A stretch of 64,000 nucleotides of DNA from Squalus acanthias (GCA_030390025.1 CM059431.1:117430001-117494000), one strand, 5' to 3'. Positions 11,021 through 24,404 are shown, numbered from the stretch's first letter. Notes: a model not told the origin generated them from the letters alone. Numbers and translations: made by a program.

Positions 11021-12930
11021 GGCCAAGAAATTCGCCTCTCCAGCTTGCCGCGGGGGTAAGGATCGCGCGCGCACTTACCTACCGCGTCTGCCATTCTGCT
11101 TCTGGCCCATGGGGACTTCAGCTCCTGGGCCTGCTGCAACTGCCGGCGCGCAATGCGTGCGTGTCCCAGGGGCACAGTTAGTGCAATGCGTCCCCTGGGA
11201 TCACGTGGGCCATGGACAGCCAATGGCAGCAGACCATCTTTCATTCATAGATGTAAGGGGGTTTGCGTGGCTCTGTGCTTAGCCTGGGTGCTAGTGCGGG
11301 GTTAGGCCTTGTTGCCTGTTCTGGTCTCCAGCCAGCCTGGTAACACTAGATACCTGTGAGTGGTTCGACCCACTCGCCCTTACGGTTCTGACACTGGACT
11401 TAGGTGCGAGAGCAATAATGCAGAGAAAACTCAGGTAGACGCAGTTGAATAGTACGAAATGGAAAATCTTTATTGCATATTATTCAAGATTCCGAAATAC
11501 ATGTCATAAGCACAGATTAATGACAGTACAAACTTACATACATTTATGCAACTAGGTTTAGGGAAACAAGGAGCGCACGACACATCGTAAAAGGGGACAC
11601 ACATTATAATTATCCTTAAAACATAAACCCTCCCCTATCAATACCTGTCCTAATCTAGATCTGTAGGATCGAGACTCATGCTCACCACTCGTGATAACTC
11701 GGAGAATTCCGAAACGCTGCTCGGATGTTTTCACCACGGCACCTGACTATTCACGTGTTGATCAGGGGTCTCTGTACCCCACTTGTTTACTCGCTTTGCT
11801 CCGGCTAGCAGGCTGGACCGTCTGCTGTCATGAAGATCTGTGTTGACCTCGGAACTCTGATAAAACTCAAAGAAGAGTCTTCCTATGCCCGACACCAGTT
11901 AGCCGGTAAAATTCAAAGAAGAGTCTTTCTGGACCGACACCAGTTGTGGAGTAGCCGATAGAATTCGAAGAAGTGGTTAATCGATTTTCGGGCGCGGTCG
12001 GGGCTTACTGACCGCGGCGGCACGTGTAGTCGTCTTCTTCTCTTCTCATCTCATCTCATCTCATCTCCTCTTGGGCCTTCGGTTCCAACACCGTTTACCG
12101 ACTTCTCGGGATGGTGCGCCCGCTTACCGGCCTTCGCAGACCAGCTCTCCACAGATCTTCGCGGCGAGCCACGAGGTTGACTCCCGGAAAATCCACGGAT
12201 CAGAGAAGCGAGTCAAAGGAATAAGAGTCGAGCGAATAAGAGAAAGATGGACGTTTGGACACTACAGTTATAGTACTGTAATTCCTTATCTCCCGCCCAA
12301 TCTTAATGTCCATCTTTTGTCATGTTTTGGCGCTCAAACTTCTTGTATGGGGTGGTACTTGTCGTTAATGGGTTTCGGTGATACTTGTAACTGTCTGATT
12401 ATCCGTTAATATTTCTCCCCTTGTGGAACCGGCTAGGAGTCTCCCTGGAGGGGTTTTGGGGGCCTCCGAATTCTTGCTGTGAGTAGCCGCGAACGGCTCT
12501 CTCATCGTAGAGCCGTGGGGAATTTGCGTATCAATGTCTTTTGGATGGGCCCCTAATTGCCCAGTACAATAGCCCTTGTTTGTGCATGGAAAACCCAATT
12601 CCAACACTTATATTCCTTGCTTGGGTGTTAAAATGCAAAACGATCTTGTCTTGTCTTATCTCAATATGCTGAGTCCTGTCCGATCTTGCTGAAATGTTTA
12701 TTGAAACGCCATCTTGTCTGCCTACTGAAAGTCTAGAACCTTCTGCCACGAGGCGTGGTGGCCATTTTACAGGCTGCTTGTGTCCGTTTTGAAACCTGAC
12801 AGCATTTTGCTGAAATAAAGCTGTGTTTACGAAACTGTATGTCTCTTTCTCATTATTTTTAAATCGCGATAAATTGCGAATTCTACATAGATTTGACAGG
12901 AAGACCTGTTCTTATGAGCTCAACTTTCTC
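11021..12930. mobile_element. Harbinger-like element fragment split by a solo LTR (11021-11251, 12888-~12930)
   Basis: Starts GGCCAAGAAATTCG; homologous to the reverse complement of 22490-22764. The pre-insertion site TTCATTCATAGATTTGACAGGAAG matches the uninterrupted sister copy. Confidence 0.75.
11252..12887 (-). mobile_element. Solo LTR copy 1 (1636 bp)
   Basis: TGTA...TACA termini; 4-bp TSD TAGA (11248-11251, 12888-12891); - strand AATAAA at 11469-11474; colinear homology with 49250-50886. Confidence 0.9.
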
Positions 12931-13914
12931 TCTCTCCTTCCGATTTCTTCCAACTTATGGCTACGATCTCACCCCATTTATACTGTTTCCAGCTGCACTA
13001 ATCCATAGGCCTCTGCATCCATACCCATTCAAACATATTCTTGGGCAAACACATGTCTCTATCAAGATATTTCCAGCCTGCTAAATATTTATCTCGATTC
13101 AGTTTCTTATTGCCCTGAAATTGCACAGAAAACATCGCTGATTAGGATTAGCAAGGCAAAAAAGAATTGAGTCTCCAGTTTGGAGTGAAAAACCAAATCT
13201 AAATGTAAACAGGCTATAGCTAACCTCTGTTCAGAGGTCAGCTGCTTTTGCAGTCTACTGATTCTAAGTTTTTAACTGTAGAATTAATATAAAATGGAAT
13301 ATAGTTTAAATTATTCTTTTCATGTAAAATGGATTTATTTATGATTTCTTAATCGCAATCTCTAACAAGTTAGCTCTACACATCCTGCAGAGAGAAAGAA
13401 GAAAAGCAGTGGGTGATTATAAGAAACACATTAAAAGAATAATTAGAGGAGCATAAATGATTTTGAGGAGGTGCATAGATACAAACACTTACCAAAAAAG
13501 TGCAATAAGTTCTTGTAGAGCTATAAACAGATAGTGGACACTAAGTAGTTAATATACTCAATGATTATTTCCTCCTAAAAATTCACCAGGGTAGACAACA
13601 TTCTATACACAATCAGAGGCAATGTAAGTGGAATTAACAACTTCAACATCATTGAGTGGGAAATTGTAGACAGCCTAAAAGCTTTAAACTAAACAAATTC
13701 CCTGGGGTGGACATTAAGAGAGAGAGAACGGATGAAACCTGTGAGATGCTGACAGTTCTCATGAAGGAATTGATGAACACTGGGGAGGGACTGCTAAATT
13801 CAAGCACAAGCTAATGTGTCCCTATTTTCAAAAGGTAATAAGACAGACAAAGAAAACTTTCCATTCATTTTCCCAGCAGCTTACTCAGCCTGAGCACAGC
13901 TTTGGCACCTGTCC

Positions 13915-14880
13915 TGCTTGACTGAAACTTCTTATCGCATACATCACCAGGACATCCTACTTCTAGTTCTACGATATCACCCACCTCTGCCTTTACCTAA
14001 CCCCCATCTTAGTCACCTCCAGCCTTGACTTCTCCAGCAGTCTCCCTGCCAGCATTCTGCATTCCGTCCCACATAAACTGCAAGTCATCCAAAACTCTGC
14101 CAATTGCATCCTACTGCTCTGCGATCACCCCTGTTCTTGCCAATGTGTCAGCCGTGGCTCAGTTGGTAGCATTCTTGCCTCCAAGTCAGAAAGTTATGGG
14201 TTCAAGTCCCACGCCAGAGACTTGAGCACAGAAATCTAAGCTGACACTCCAGTACAGTACTGAGGGAGTGCTGCACTATCAGAGGTGTTGTCTTTTGGAT
14301 GCGACATTAAACTGAGGCCACGTCTGCTCTCTCAGGTGGACGTAAAAGATCCATGACACTATATCGAAGAAGAGGAGGGGTGTCCTGGCCAATATGTATC
14401 ACTCAATCAACATCACTAAAAAAGATTATCTGGTCATTAGCACATTGCTGTTTGTGGGAGCTTGCTGTGTACAATTTGGCTGCAGCATTTCCGACCTTAC
14501 AACAGTGACTACACTTCAAAAGTACTTCATTGGCTGTAAAGCACTTTGGGACTTCCTGAGGTCATGAAAGGTGTTATATAAATGCAAGTCTTTCTTTCTT
14601 TTCAATCTGTTTTGGTTTCCTGACCCTCATCACAATGAATTCAAAATGTCTTTATTTACAAATCATTTTATGGCCTTGCCCTTTCCTACCACTGCAAACT
14701 CCACCAGCATTATGCATCAGTGCCCCACCTCAGGTCTTCCAGCTCGGGCCTTCTTTCCATTGTTTCCTCTGCTCGATCTTCAATGGCAGAGCCTTCAGCT
14801 ATCTAGCCCTAGTGATGGGAATGCTCTCCTTAACCCCCTTCACCTTGCTACCTCTCTTCGCTTAAAAACTTTTTCAAAAA
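13915..14880 (+). mobile_element. Old L2 3' fragment split by a SINE
   Basis: Degenerate L2 motifs (ITPVLAN|LFW; GRAFSYL); rejoins across the SINE at TSD CAAT. Confidence 0.6.
14145..14602 (+). mobile_element. SacSINE1/DeuSINE-like SINE (tRNA-like head, Deu core, L2-type tail)
   Basis: A-box TGGCTCAGTTGG, B-box GGTTCAAGTCC; core ...GATTATCTGGTCATTAGCACATTGCTGTTTGTGGGAGCTTGCTG...; tail TATATAAATGCAAGTCTTTCTTTC; TSD CAAT. Confidence 0.85.
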
Positions 14881-15102
14881 CCTGGGGGTCACCACTGACC
14901 AGAAACTGAATGGGATCAAATCACAGTAACACCATGGCTACAAGCACAGGTCAGAGGCTGGGTCTCTGAAATTTATTTCTCATCTTTTCGTAGGTGAGTC
15001 AATCAAATTCAGTTCCTTTGAGTGATTTCAGACTTCCACAAGCATATCAGAGCAGAAGGGGATAAAAGTTTAAGAAATTGTACATAAGATCAAGAAGACA
15101 AT

Positions 15103-16914
15103 GGGCTGGGTTTTCTCAGCGGTGTCGGGATGGTGGCGGGAGAGCTGGATTCCGGGTTCCGGTCCCATTCCCAGCTGCAGCTGCTCTGTCAAAGGGATTT
15201 TTCCTTGATTGGCCTTGTTAAGCCCGCCCTGCGGGCTACCGGCCAATTAACAGGAAGCGGGTCTGGTGATATCATTTGTTGACGCGTCATCAGCTGGCTT
15301 CCTTAAAGGGACCACGTCTACATGGAGTTTGACAGTTGTTCTGTCAGTGTTTGACAGCATTGACATGCTCCAAACACTGACAAGCACTGCACAAAGTTTG
15401 GACGCTTGCACCCAGGCTCTCCAATGACTCCCTCCATATGCTTTTGGAGGGAGTCACAGCACGCAGGGAGGTTCTCTTCCCTTCCAAGGGTGGAAAAGAC
15501 CTCCCCAGGACACCAACGCAGCCTGGTTGCACATTACACAGGAGGGCAAAAGCAGGGAGGTCGTCAGGGGTCCCTGGCTGCGGTGCCACCAACCTTTCAA
15601 TGATCTCAGTGGAGCACAAAATGTTACTGCAAAGCCACACTCAACCTCACCATGCTGTGCCACTCATCACATCCCCATCACTCTGCCTTCCATACCCTTC
15701 TCCTGCACATCCTTACTCACACCAACTTACCTTGCACCTCCACCCATCCCTCTCTATCTACATTATCACTTCCCCATCTCACTAGCCACCCCTCACACTC
15801 ACCCTCATCCTACTGCAAGCATACCAACGAACAACACACAAGGGTAGGCACTTGAGAGGTTTAACCAATGACCATGTGAAGTGTCTGGTAATGTGTTGTC
15901 AAACAGTGAAATCTATACTTTCAACACTGCCCCTTATTGAACAGATCTGTGCGCACCTTGAGAAGTGTCTTACTGAGTTCCAGTGAATGCTGAGACATAA
16001 CATCCCCACGCCCCCCCTCCCCCCCCCGCCCTCGCTATGGCAATGAGTGTTAATAGAATGGCTTGGACATTAAAGGGATGCTTCACAGTGCTGGTGTGGG
16101 ATGGTATCAACCTGGCGCATCATGTGGCAGCCAGGTTTAACAGCGTCGAGTGAAGTAAATCTGGCCATGGTGAAGCCATCGCTGGCCTCCCCAGGCAGCA
16201 ATGTTGTCAGGGGCTGATGCCCTGTGACCTGTGCAGCATCAGGTGATGGCGGAGAAGTTTGGTGATGTTGTTGGTGATGTTGGTGTGCCTGGTGATGTTG
16301 GTGTTGGGGCTGAGCGTGGAAGGAATCAGAGGACTAAGGTGAGGTAGTTTCTAAGGACACCGATGTTGCTGCAATAGCTGTCAGCTGCAGGTGAGATGAC
16401 AGAAGCGATCTGTCAATGGTGAGAGAGGTTGTTCCAATGAGGTGGCACTGGACATACAGTTGCCTCTAAACACTTGCAAGCTAAAGAAATCTCTATATGT
16501 ATTACAAATGCAGTAACCAACATTTTCTGCGCTCGGAAACTCACCATCTGCAACATGGCATCCTTTACACCACTTCTGCAGCTGTCAGCTTATCCAATAC
16601 ATCTGAGCAGACTGAACTCATGCCAGGGTGAGCTGGCGTGTTCCCCGAGCAGCGGGTAACCCGTGGGGGTGAACGTGAAATGGGAAGGAAGCCTCAAAAT
16701 ACCATTAAATTGGCTGTTAACAAGCCATTTAATTATCTAAATTGTCTCACCCGCCGCTTGGTGTCGGGTCAGTTCTCCGCTGACAGACCCAACACCTGGG
16801 AGCCTCGCGTGGAGGCAGGTTGACAGCGGGTTTCCTACCCGCTGGCAATCTTTGTTATTTTGACAGCGGACCCACCTCCAAACCCACCCTCTGAGCGCTG
16901 GCAAAATTCTGGCC
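15103..16914 (+). mobile_element. Harbinger-derived element with Myb/SANT gene remnant
   Basis: TIRs GGGCTGGGTTTT / AAAATTCTGGCC; remnant APRLSNDSLHMLLEGVTARREVLFP at ~15405-15610. Confidence 0.8.
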
Positions 16915-16963
16915 AACACATCTGACAATGGGAAGAATCACTCCACAACCCCAAAAGCACTTG

Positions 16964-17781
16964 GGCTGGAATTTTGCCCACCTCATTGGAACAACCTTAC
17001 CAGAAACTTCACATGGACATTGGCTAAACCTCTCAAGTGCCTACCCTTGTGTGTTGTTATTTGTTATGCTTGCAGTAGGATGAGGGTGAGTGTGGGGGTG
17101 GCTAGTGAGATGGGGAAGTGATAATGTAGATAGAGAGGGATGGGTGGAGGTGCAAGGTATGTTGGCATGAGTAAGGATGTGCAGGAGAAGGGTATGGAAG
17201 GCAGAGTGATGGGGATGTGTTGAGTGGCACAGCAGGGTGAGTTTGAGTGTGGCTTTGCAGTAACATTCGTGATCCACTGAGATCATTGAAAGATTGATGC
17301 CACTGCAGCCAGGGACCCCTGACGACATCCCTGCTTTTGCCCTCCTGTGCAATGTGCAACCAGGCTGCGTTGGTGTCCTGGGGAGGTCTCATCTGCCCTT
17401 GGAAGTGAAGAGAACCTGCCTGCGTGCTGTGACTCCCTCCATAAGCATATGGAAGGAGTCATGCGAGAGCCTGGGTGCAAGTGTCCACCTTTGTACAGTG
17501 CTTGCCTGTGTTTGCAGCACCTCAATGCTGTCAAACACTAACAGAACAACTGTCAAACTCCATGTGGACATGGTCCCTTTAAGGAAAGCGGCTGATGATG
17601 TGTCATCAAATGACGTCATCAGACCCGCTTCCTGTTAATTGGCCGATAAGCCTGCAGGGAAAGCTTAACAAGGCCAATCAAGGGAAAATCCCTTTGACAG
17701 AGCGGCTGCAATTGGGAGCGGGACCGGAACCCGGAAACCATCTCCCACCAGCATCCCCACAGCGCTGAGAAAATCCAGCCC
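16964..17781 (-). mobile_element. Internally deleted, inverted copy of the same Harbinger family
   Basis: TIRs GGCTGGAATTTT / AAAATCCAGCCC; TSD TTG; ~17000-17781 is the reverse complement of 15103-15890. Confidence 0.85.
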
Positions 17782-19393
17782 TTGATTTGGGATTAAGGTC
17801 AGGTGTGTGTTGCCCGAGCCGCAAGAGGACCTAAAACCTGTTGAATAGTGCTTACTGCCTCTCATGTATTGACCCTCCTTGTCATGCACTTTTATCCTGC
17901 GCCCTCCAACCATTAACATATTCAACTAGAAAGTGTGTTGGCAGCTTTAAAAATGTGCATTATTTTATACAACTAGCACATCCTGTCCAGTATTAGTCAT
18001 GGGCAGAGGATGATGCTGGGTAAATAAAATAGATCATGGTGTAAGGCTGCCAAACAAATTTTACTACCAATCTGGTTGTTTTACGATTGATGGGAATTCT
18101 GTAGCATAAGCACTGAAATTCCAAAAGCAAACCTTATTAAATCTCATTTAAGCAATTAATGTGCGAACCTGGAAAGTGATATGAATTTTACATGACCAGA
18201 TCAGTTTTTTAAAAACATGTATGTTGTCGCCGCAAGCAATCTTTCAATAAACTAGTTCTGTTGCCTGTCACTTAGTTCTATCAGCTGGTCCTGTCACTGA
18301 TTCCTATGTTACGTTCTGTCAACTAGTTCATATGTAGTTCTATCATCTTGATCTATCGCTTGTCAGCTTCTCTGTTTCATTTGGTCACAGTTCTATCAGC
18401 TACTGTCGTTACAAACTTCAACTATAGAATTCTGTTACATAATTCTACATTGCTGTGTTGACTGCTTGTGGACAATAGTACTTTAATTGTGTGCCATTTT
18501 GCTTATTAGTTCTATAGATTTACAGTTCTATACTGTTCTTGGGATTGAGTCTTACAGTCTCCTTGTTCAATTTTATTAGTTCTGACTAATAGTTAGATCA
18601 ATTTTTTTAATCCATTGGTTCTGTTGATTAGTTCTTACATTCCTAGCTTGTTTTGTCAGTTTATCTGTTAATTAATTCATTAATCTTAAGCATTTTGAAG
18701 GTCACAATGTTATTTCTGTTTTAAACTTGCCTCCACTATAGTTCACTGGGGTAGATATTCGGGAAAGCCCATTTTTGCGCGGGGGACGCAGGGCCCCTGC
18801 ACCAGAATGGTGAAGCACGAGGCACCCCTGATATTGGGCCTCAGGCCTCATTTCAGCAACCAGCCAAGAGGAAACCATTTCGGGCAGGTGTGTTGTTAAA
18901 CTGGTGTGTTTTGTTGGCTTTGTTTTTACTTCTGTTGTGATTTTTGTTTTTGCCTTTTCTGCTCCTTATATTTAATGGCCCAGGAGCGACCTATGAAATG
19001 CCACCCAAACTTCTCAGATGAGAGAATTGTTAAGTGAGAGCAAGCAGTAAATCACCACATAAAACAAACATCAAATGGCAATATACACTGACAATCAGTG
19101 TCAGCGGAGAGGAATTCTGCTAATAAACATCATTCAGCCGTAAGATGATAATTCCTGTGTAATTCATGCACTGTTAGTGTTTATATGAACATAAATAAAT
19201 GTCTCATAAGCAAGTATCAATTTTATTGTCTGTACTTCTTTAGTCAGATATTTGCGCATCATAAAATCATAAAATCATAGAATGATACAGCACAGATGGA
19301 GGACATTTTTCTTCACATTTCTCCACATTATATTCCATTTGCCATGTTCTTGCCCACTCACTTAGCTTGTCTATATCCCCTTGAAGCCTCTTT

Positions 19394-22300
19394 AAGAACA
19401 TAAGAAATAGGAGCAGGAATAGGCCACTTGGCCCCTCGAGCCTGCTCCGCCATTCAATAAGATCATGGCTGATCTCGGGCTCAAAGCCACTTCCCAGCCC
19501 ACTCCCCATAACCCTTCACTCCCTTATCTTGCAAAAATTTGTCTATCTCCACTTTAAATGTATTTAATGACCCAGCCTCCACAGCTCTCTGGGGCAGAGA
19601 ATGCCACAGATTTACGACCCTCTGAGAGAAGAAGTTCCTCCTCACCTCAGTTCTAAAAGGGCGACCCTTTATTCTGAAACTATGCCCCCGAGTTCTAGAT
19701 TTCCCCATGAGGGGAAACATCCTCTCTGCATCTACCCTGTCGAGCCCCCTCAGTATCATATATGTTTCGATAAGATCACCTCTCATTCTTCTAAATTCCA
19801 GTGAGTATAGGCCCAGCCTGCTTAATCTTTCCTCATAAGTCAAACCCCTCATCTCTGGAATTAACCTAGTGAATCGTCTCTGAACTGCCTCCAATGCAAG
19901 TATATCCTTCCTTAAATAAGGAGACCAAAACTGTATGCAGTACTCAAGGTGCGGTCTCACCAATACCTTGTACAGTTGTAGCAGGACATCCCTGCTTTTA
20001 TACTCCAACCCCCTTGAAATAAAGGCCAACATTCCATTTGCCTTTTTGACTACTTGCTATACCTGCACGCTAACTTTTTGTGTTTCATGCACAAGGACCC
20101 CCAGGTCCCTCCGAACTGTAGCATTTTGTAATCTCTCTCCATTTAAATAAAAGTTTGCTTTTTTATTTTTCCTGCTAAAGTGGATAACCTCGCACTTTCC
20201 CACATTATACTCCATCTGCCAAATGTTTGCCCACTCACCTAGCCTGTCTATATCCCTTTGCAGATTCTTTGAGTCCTCTGCACAACATGCTTTCCCACCC
20301 ATCTTTGTATCATCCGTAAACTTGGCTACATTACACTCGATCCCTTCATCCAAGTCATTAATGTAGATTGTAAATAGTTGGGGCCCCAGCACCGATCCTT
20401 GTGACACCCCACTAGTTACCGTTTGCCAACCAGAAAATTACCCATTTATCCCGACTCTCTGCTTTCTGTTAGTTAGCCAATTCTCTATCCATGCTAATAT
20501 ATTACCCCCAACTCCGTGAGCTCTTATCTTATGCAGTTACCTTTTATGTGGCACCTTATCGAATGCCTTCTGGAAATCCAAATACACCACATCCACTGGC
20601 TCACCCTTGTCCACCCTACTTGTTACATCCTCAAAGAACTCCAGCAAATTTGTTAAACATGATTTCCCTTTCCTAAAACCATGCTGACTCTGTTTGACTG
20701 CAGTATGTTTCTCTAAATGCCCTGCTACTGCTTCCTTAATGATGGACTCCAGCATTTTCCCAACGACAGATGTTAGGCTAACTGGTCTATAGTTTCCTGC
20801 TTTCTGTCTCCCTCCTTTCTTAAATAGGGGTGTTACATTAGCGGTTTTCCAATCCGCTGGGACCTCTCCAGAGTCCAGGGAATTTTGGTATATTGCAACC
20901 AATGCATCCACTATCTCTGCAGCCACTTCTTTTAAGACCCTGGGATGCAAGCCATCTGGTCCAGGGGACTTGTCGTCTTTTAGTCCCATTATTTTACCGA
21001 GTACTATTTCCTTAGTGATAGTGATTGTCTTTAGTTCCCCACTCCCTGTGGCCCCTTGATTATCCATTATTGGGATGTTGTTAGTGTCTTCTACAGTGAA
21101 GACAGATGCAAAATATTTGTTCAGAGTCTCTGCCATTTCCCCGTTCCCCATTATTAATTCCCCAGTCTCATCCTCTAAGGGACCAACATTTGCTTTAGCT
21201 ACCCTCTTCCTTTTTTTATACCTGTAGAAGTGCTTACTATCTGTTTTAATGTTTCTTGCCAGATTATTCTCATAATTCATCTTCTCTCTCTTTTTTATTT
21301 TTTAAAAAAATGTTCCCAATCCTCTGGTCTCCCACCAATCTTGCCAACATTGTATGCCTTCATTTTCAATTTGATACCATCCTTTACTTCCTTAGTTAGC
21401 CATGGATGGTGCTCCCTTCTCTTAAAATCTTTCTTTCTCACTGGAATATATTTTTGTTGAGAGTTATGAAATATCTCCTTAAATGTCCGCCACTGCATTT
21501 CAACTTTCTTACCCTTCAATTTGTTTTTCCAGTCCACTTTATCCAGTTCTGCCCTCATGCCATTATAATTGCCTTTGTTTAAGGTCAGGACACTGGTTTG
21601 GGATACAACTTTCTCATCCTCCAACTGAATTTGAAATTCAGCCATGCTATGATCACTCTTTCCTGGAGGATCCTTCACTATGAGATCATTTATTAATTCT
21701 GTCTCATTACATAGTACCAGATCCAAAATAGCCTGCTCCCTGGTTGGTTCCATTACATACTGTTCTAGGAAAACATCCTGGATGCACTCTATGAACTCCT
21801 CCTCCAGGCTACCATGGCCAATTTGATTTGTCCAATCAATATGGAGATTAAAATCACTCATACCTTTTTTACAGGCCTCCATTATTTGTTGATTTATACT
21901 CTGTCCAACAGCATTGCTACTGTTCGGGGGCCTGTAGACTATGCCCACCAGAGACTTTTCCCCCTTATTATTTTTTATCTCCACCCAAACCGATTCAATG
22001 GCCCGAAAATTAGACCTAATACGGGAGATTACGCACTGTGTACTCTCGCGTATTAGGTCCCGAAGTGCCGGTTTCCTGCATGCACTGCGCATGCGCGGGA
22101 AACCGGCACTTCGGGTATTGCGAAGGGGGCGGTTCCTAAGTGAACCGCGTGCGCGCTACAGGTTGTGCGCATGCAGCGCACTTAGTTTTTTTTTCAGGTT
22201 TGAACGCGCAGGTAAGTGTTGAAGATTTTACACATGAAGAAAGCAGGCGTAAGACCCCCTTTTAACAAGGTAAGTAGTTAATTAAGTATTATTTTAAATT

Positions 22301-23003
22301 TTTTTCAACAGGTTTATTTTTTTTAGAGACTTTAAAGAAAGGTAAGTTTATTTTTATAACTTTTAAAAAGAATTTAAAAATTTCAAAAATTTAAATTTTT
22401 GTTTAAAGTGGTTAATTTATTTAACTATAGTTATTTTATTAATGTGATGGCTTTTTTTTTAAATTTAATTGAGGTTTAGCTGTTCTTTTGGGGGCTTGTT
22501 CTACTCATAGTTTTGACAGCTCTTCCTGTCAAAACTATGAATGAAAGATGGTGTGCTGCCATTGGCTCTAACTGGCCCACGTGATCCCAGAGGTCGCATC
22601 GCACTAACTGCGCCTCTGGGACATACACACACTGCGCGCCGGCACCAGGGAGAGGCCCAGGAACTGAAGTTCGTGTGGGCCAAAACCATAAAGGCAGGCG
22701 CGGAGTGCGATATCGCGGGGGATCCTTACCCCCGCGGCAACCATCGAAGTCCAATTTCTGGGCCTATATCTTGATCTTCTGAGCCAATATCACTTCTCAC
22801 CACTGCACTGATCCCATCTTTTACCAACAAAGCCACCCCACCTCCCTTTCCTTTCTTTCTATCCTTCCGAATTATCATATACCCTGGAATATTCAGTTCC
22901 CAGCCCTGGTCGCCTTGCAACCACATCTCTGTAATGGTGATCAGATCATACCCATTTGTATCTATTTGTGCCGTCAACTCATTTATCTTGTTACAAATGC
23001 TGC
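19394..23003 (-). mobile_element. CR1 LINE, near-complete decayed ORF2 (APE endonuclease + RT) and 3' UTR, inserted in another CR1 (19310-19393, 23004-23250)
   Basis: ORF pieces YDLITITEMWL, GIVYRPPNS, YRPVSLTSVVGK, QGSVLGPQLF, VRPHLEYCIQFW; split by a Harbinger element at 22000-22764. Confidence 0.92.
22000..22764. mobile_element. Non-autonomous Harbinger-like element inside the CR1 endonuclease
   Basis: TIRs GGCCCGAAAATTAG / CCAATTTCTGGGCC; the CR1 frame resumes on both sides. Confidence 0.8.
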
Positions 23004-23251
23004 ATGCTCCTCACAACTTACATTCCCACCCAGCTTTGTATCATCAGCATATTTAGATATATTACATTTGGTCCCCTCATCCAAATCATTGATATAGATT
23101 GTGAATGGCTGAGGCCCAAGCATTGATCCCCACAAGTTACAGCCTACAGAAAATGACCTGTTTATTCCTACTTTCTGTTTTCTGTCTGTTAACCAATCCT
23201 CAATCCATGCTAGTATATTACCCCCAATCCTATGAGCCCTAATTTTTGTTT

Positions 23252-24236
23252 AGAACATAAGAACATAAGAAATAGGAACAGGAGTAGGCCATTTGGCCCC
23301 TTGAGCCTGCTCCGCCATTTAATGAGATCATGGCTGATCTGATCTTGGGCTCAGCTCCATTTCCCTGCCTGCTCCCCATAATGCTTCACTCCATTATTGT
23401 TCAAAAATCTGTCTATCTCCACCTTAAATATATTCAATGACCCAGCCTCCACAGCTCTCTGGGGCAGAGAATTCCACAGATTTACAACCCTCTGAGAGAA
23501 GAAATTCCTCCTCATCTCAGTTTTAAATGGGCGACCCCTTATTCTGAAACCATACCCCCTAGTTCTAGATTCCCCCATGAGGGGGAACATCTTCTCTGCA
23601 TCTACCTTGTCGAGCCCCCTCAGTATCTTATATGTTTCAATAAGATCACCTCTCATTCTTCTAAACTCCAATGCTCAACCTTTCTTCATAAGACAACCCC
23701 TTCATCTCAGGAATGAACCTCATGAACCGTCTCTGAACTGCCTCCAATGCAAGTATATCCCTCCTTAAATAAGGAGACCAAACCTGTACTCCAGGTGTGG
23801 TCTCACCAATACCCTATACAAGTTGTAGCAGGACTTCCCTGCTTTTATACTCCAACACCCTTGCAATAAAGGCCAACATTTCATTTGCCTTCCTGATTAC
23901 TTGCTGTACCTGCATGCTAACTTTTTGTGTTTCATGCACAAGGACCCCCAGGTCCCTCTGTACTGCAGCATTTTGTAATCTCTCCATTTAAATAATAATT
24001 TGCTTTTTTATTTTTCTTACCAAAGTGGATAACCTCACACTTTCCCACATTATACTCCATCTGCCAAATCTTTGCCCACTCACTTAGCCTGTCTATATCC
24101 CTTTGCAGATTCTTTGTGTCCTCTTCACAACTTGCTTTCCCACCTATCTTTGTATCATCAGCAAATTTGGCTACATTATGCTCAGTCCCTTCATCAAAGT
24201 CATTAATATAGATTGTAAATAGTTGAGGCCCCAGCA
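23252..24236 (-). mobile_element. CR1 LINE 3' fragment
   Basis: LLGPQLFTIYIND...KFADDTK and RRMRGDLIETYK...WNSLP; AAGAACAT tail repeats. Confidence 0.92.
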
Positions 24237-24404
24237 ACCAGCAACCAAGCATAGGCAAGACAGGAAAGTGTTGCAAAACAATAATATTTATGTGATTCAA
24301 GTAAAGAACAGAAACTTAACAACAAATCAATATTTAAGACACCCATGTGCATACCCTTGTGCAACTACTCAGCAGATCAGGCAGCATCTCGGAGAGAGAA
24401 ACAA

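Noticed and set aside
11860..11975. CRISPR-like repeat-spacer pattern (AATTCAAAGAAGAGTC x2-3)
   Set aside because: Only 2-3 short degenerate units whose spacers are themselves similar, inside a eukaryotic LTR, with no cas genes.
13330..13415. Strong - strand splice acceptor near 13387
   Set aside because: All three frames stop within about 15 codons and no convincing donor follows.
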